Origin: Macrostomum lignano
Lineage: Eukaryota
Assembly: GCA_002269645.1 (NCBI GenBank)
Contig: NIVC01001953.1
Coordinates: forward strand, 154,838-218,837
Direction: 5' to 3'
Length of the DNA: 64,000 bases
Both the position numbers and the translations under genes were made by a program. The notes below the pieces were generated by a model, which saw only the letters and a program-made list of their open reading frames with translations, made no database searches and was not told the origin of the DNA. Positions 59,571-64,000 of this stretch are shown here, piece after piece; the first letter of the stretch is position 1, and each line of letters begins with the position of its first letter.

Positions 59571-62436
59571 ATGATGCTCAATCAAGGACTTCAATACCAG
59601 CTCTTACTAGCTATTGGCTGCTTGGCTTGCTTTAGCCATGCCAAACTAAACATTTCCTTCCAGCCCCACCCGATCATTCTGATGACCGAACAACGGCTCG
59701 TTGTGAACGTGACAGTGAGCGTGACAGATCCGGTGGTTCAACAGGGAGTTCTTCGCTTCGCTTTGAAGGACCTGAAAGTCGCTCGGCTGACTAACGAGAC
59801 GTCCTATCCGTGGTCGGGGAACTCTAGCGTCGGGGAAGAGCACCGATTTCAGCTCACCATCCAGGGCGTGAGGCTCGGCTGGAGCGACCTGTTGATCTCC
59901 TTCGATACGAATGCGACAAAGAACTCCGAGCTGGACTACCTGATCAGCGACAATGAGCAAGTGGCTGTGCTGCAAACTCAAAATGCGCTCCAGTCTGTCT
60001 ATCGGGGCATCCTGATCGCCTTCGTCATCGTTCTTGTGTTTGGAATGGGCTGCACCATCGATCTGAATGTTGTGATCAAGCTGCTGAAGCGACCAGTAGG
60101 CCTCGCAGTTGGCTGGTTCACGCAGTTTATTCTGATGCCTCACGTAAGCTTTTAAAAACGTCGCTAGTAATCACCCCGAAATCCATCACATTCAATAGAA
60201 ATTGAGCGGCTTCACTGAGATCTTGATCGATCTCAATTCTTGCAAGCGATTGAGTTCTCATTCACGCACTACTTCGTTCTGTTACTTTCCCGATCGGCAC
60301 TGAAAGTTCAGATCCCAACCGTAGGCAGTGCATAAGTCATACTACGAGCTACGTAAATCAAAGCGCTTAAATGCTTTCTGACGCCTTTTTATCCCAGGAA
60401 TAGTTAGTAGTTGTATTTACAGTTTTAGGGACCATGAGCAGCCACACCGAAGCCATAGATCTCAAGGTTTACGAGCTACTTTGAACTGAACCACAAAGTC
60501 TTCTGACTCGTGCTCACCCGATAATTTGACAGCTGGGTCTCGCAGTCGGTCAGGTGCTGCTTCTGCTGGTACAGGACCTGGACAACGCGAGCGCGTTCGC
60601 CTGCGGCATTCTCACACTGTCCTGCTCGCCAGGAGGAGGAAGCAGCAACATGTGGACCCTGCTATTCGACGGCGACCTCGACCTCAGCATGACCATGACC
60701 TTCGTCAGCCAGGTGTGCGCCATGTGTAAGTACCAGCCACTTTAGAAACTTTATATTGAGTGCATTGTACCGATCAACTCTGAACTTGTCCATCCGCATC
60801 TCTAATGCTAATTTAGTAGAGAAAAACGGAGCATATGCTTTCAAACGATTGCAGTCATGATGCCTCTCTGGCTGTTCGCGTACACTAGATTCTACATCAG
60901 CAACGAGGCCAGGATCCCCTACGACCAGGTGGCGCTGAACCTACTACAGCTGGTCATCCCAGTGACTTTGGGCGTGCTGGTCAAGCTGAAGTGGCCCAAG
61001 ATTGCCCATCGCCTGTCGCGGATCATCAAGCCGTTCGCCCTGCTGTTCGTGCTGTTCGCGATCGGATTCGGCACTTACGTCAACCTGTACCTGTTTGAGC
61101 TGATTGGTGAGTTAAGTCTGATTTCTTAGGTTAGAAATTTCACACAATAAACAGCCAGGTGTACCTCGAAATACGGGTGTTTCCTGCATAATTCTCGATA
61201 TTATTTATCAAATATCGAGAAGGCCGTGAAAACGCATGGTAAAGATTTTGTATCTGAGGCACAAACTCAACTGTAATCTTCGTTTCCAAGGAAACGTGCC
61301 ACAGTGAAACAGTCTCGCTTGGAAGTGGACTGTGCTGGAACACAGTTGGGAAGAAGTCAAAAAATTTTTAATAGACTGATAAATAATTGACCAAAACTAA
61401 TCCAGCCAACCATCGCACCTAAAGTTGGAAATTTTCTGCGAGTAATAAGAGGAGAACTGGTTCAGATAGGAAAATGCCAAACGCTTCGCTTTGTGGCACT
61501 GATAAGGCCTGTATAGGCAAACTGGCTTTGCAAAAGAACTTTCACTGTCTACTAGCTTATGAGATTAGTTCAGATGCGCAATTACAGCCTGTCACCTGAG
61601 TCACCTGCAAGCATAGGAATTTTCTTATCAGCAACTGAGCTGCCATGCTCATCAAGCCCCGGGAGCAACGATAGCGAAACGAAAAAATCTTTTCATAAAT
61701 TTTATTCGGTCATCAAGGCATTCGAATAGTCGAAAAATACAAAATAGAAAATTTTCATGGCTACTTTTGAGGTTCAGACAATTTCAGCAGACAGAATTCA
61801 ACGGACTATTTGGCCTGTTTATTCGTGACAGAAAAAATCACTAAAGCCCCGGGTTTTGATTGAGATGTTCCGTGAAGAAATCAGTCAACCTTCGCAGGGA
61901 TCCAGGAAAGCAAGGAAAGAAACCTTACTGCAAATACAGAGCGTCGCTGTGATCAAATTTCAGCTCAACTGCCGATTATTATTCCATTCGCCGCTCTGCT
62001 GCCCTGGCTTGGATTCCTGTTTGGCTACACCGTGGCCATTATAATGCGACTCGGCCGCAAGCAGGCCATCGCCATCGCCCTGGAGGCCGGCATCCAGAAT
62101 ATCGGCATCCCGATCCTGGTGCTGCAGTTCTCCATGCCGCAGCCGGACGGTAGCCTCGCAGCCATCGTGCCGCTCATCGTTGTCCTAGTCACCCCCATGC
62201 CGCTCTACTTCCTGCTGGCTGGCAAGAAGATTCGCGAGCGCTTCTCGCGCGACAGTCAGTACGAGCTGGATGGCGAGGGCGGCGGCGAGGACTCCGTCGA
62301 TGCAACTGCCGTAACAAACGACGCCTTCAAACAAGAGGGTCTGAAGAGTGGCCTCACTGTGGACCTGACGGAGCACAACCAGCACATTCAGCACAAGTCC
62401 ACCGAGAACTTAGTCGACTTGGAGAGGAAGTTTTGA
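59571..62436 (+). CDS. SLC10A: SLC10A family Na+/bile-acid cotransporter, copy 2 (tandem paralogue), about 496 aa; exons 59571-60143, 60533-60725, 60855-61106, 61964-62436
   Basis: Same four-exon structure and identical internal exon sizes (193, 252 nt) as copy 1. Motifs SCSPGGGSSNMW and ALEAGIQN; total 1491 nt. Confidence 0.92.
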
Positions 62437-62910
62437 AGAGCTTTGCAGATTTGATGAGTGGCACGAAAGTTGTCGAATGCGCAATTACGAGTATTTAACG
62501 ACTACACCGGGTATTGTCCTATAAATCCTCAAAAAATACTGGGAAAATACGGAATCTGTGCAAAATAGAATGCATTAAACCTGTTGACTAAATTTTGCTT
62601 AAAAAATTCGTACAACGCATTCGAACTGAATGGTTTTTCATGAGAACACTTACAACACTGTATTAGTACTGTAGTACGAACAAAGCTAAATTAAAAAAAA
62701 GATTTTAATAAAATAAACATGCCAATTTGTTGATAACCTATGCGTTGATTACAGTAAAAAATGATATTTGTTTGTTTGGTTTCTGCTTGCGTTTTTCGGC
62801 ATCTTTAAAAAAAACACGTTCATTCGCACCGGTTTTGACTGTATTAAACCTTATGATCAAGCCTAAGCAGAATAAGTTTAAGCTGGAATAGTCTACAAAA
62901 TAAAAGATTG

Positions 62911-64000
<1,090 letters not shown>

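Overview
Eukaryotic (animal, probably invertebrate) genomic DNA with spliceosomal GT-AG introns. GC/CpG-rich exons, minisatellite-filled introns and AT-rich intergenic DNA are reminiscent of the flatworm Macrostomum; this is inference only. Genes reconstructed by hand: Rab3 (-, runs off the left edge), a three-exon ABCG2-like half transporter (-), an RNF13/RNF167-like PA-TM-RING E3 ligase (+, 7 exons), a SYT14/SYT16-like tandem C2 protein with no transmembrane helix found (+), an orphan Q/R-rich ORF (-), two tandem SLC10A (P3/ASBT-like) paralogues (+, 4 exons each) and the last exon of an ABCC/MRP transporter (-) riddled with homopolymer single-base deletions. Non-genic content: about 20 unrelated mini/microsatellite arrays, a young hAT-type foldback MITE with an 8-bp TSD plus a decayed relative, a decayed Crypton-like (tyrosine recombinase) fragment, SINE/LINE-like remnants and sharply bounded CpG-depleted, TpA-rich islands. 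No CRISPR array, rRNA or intact tRNA was seen. Most long entries in the ORF track are artefacts of tandem repeats or antisense shadows. All coordinates and counts were made by eye.
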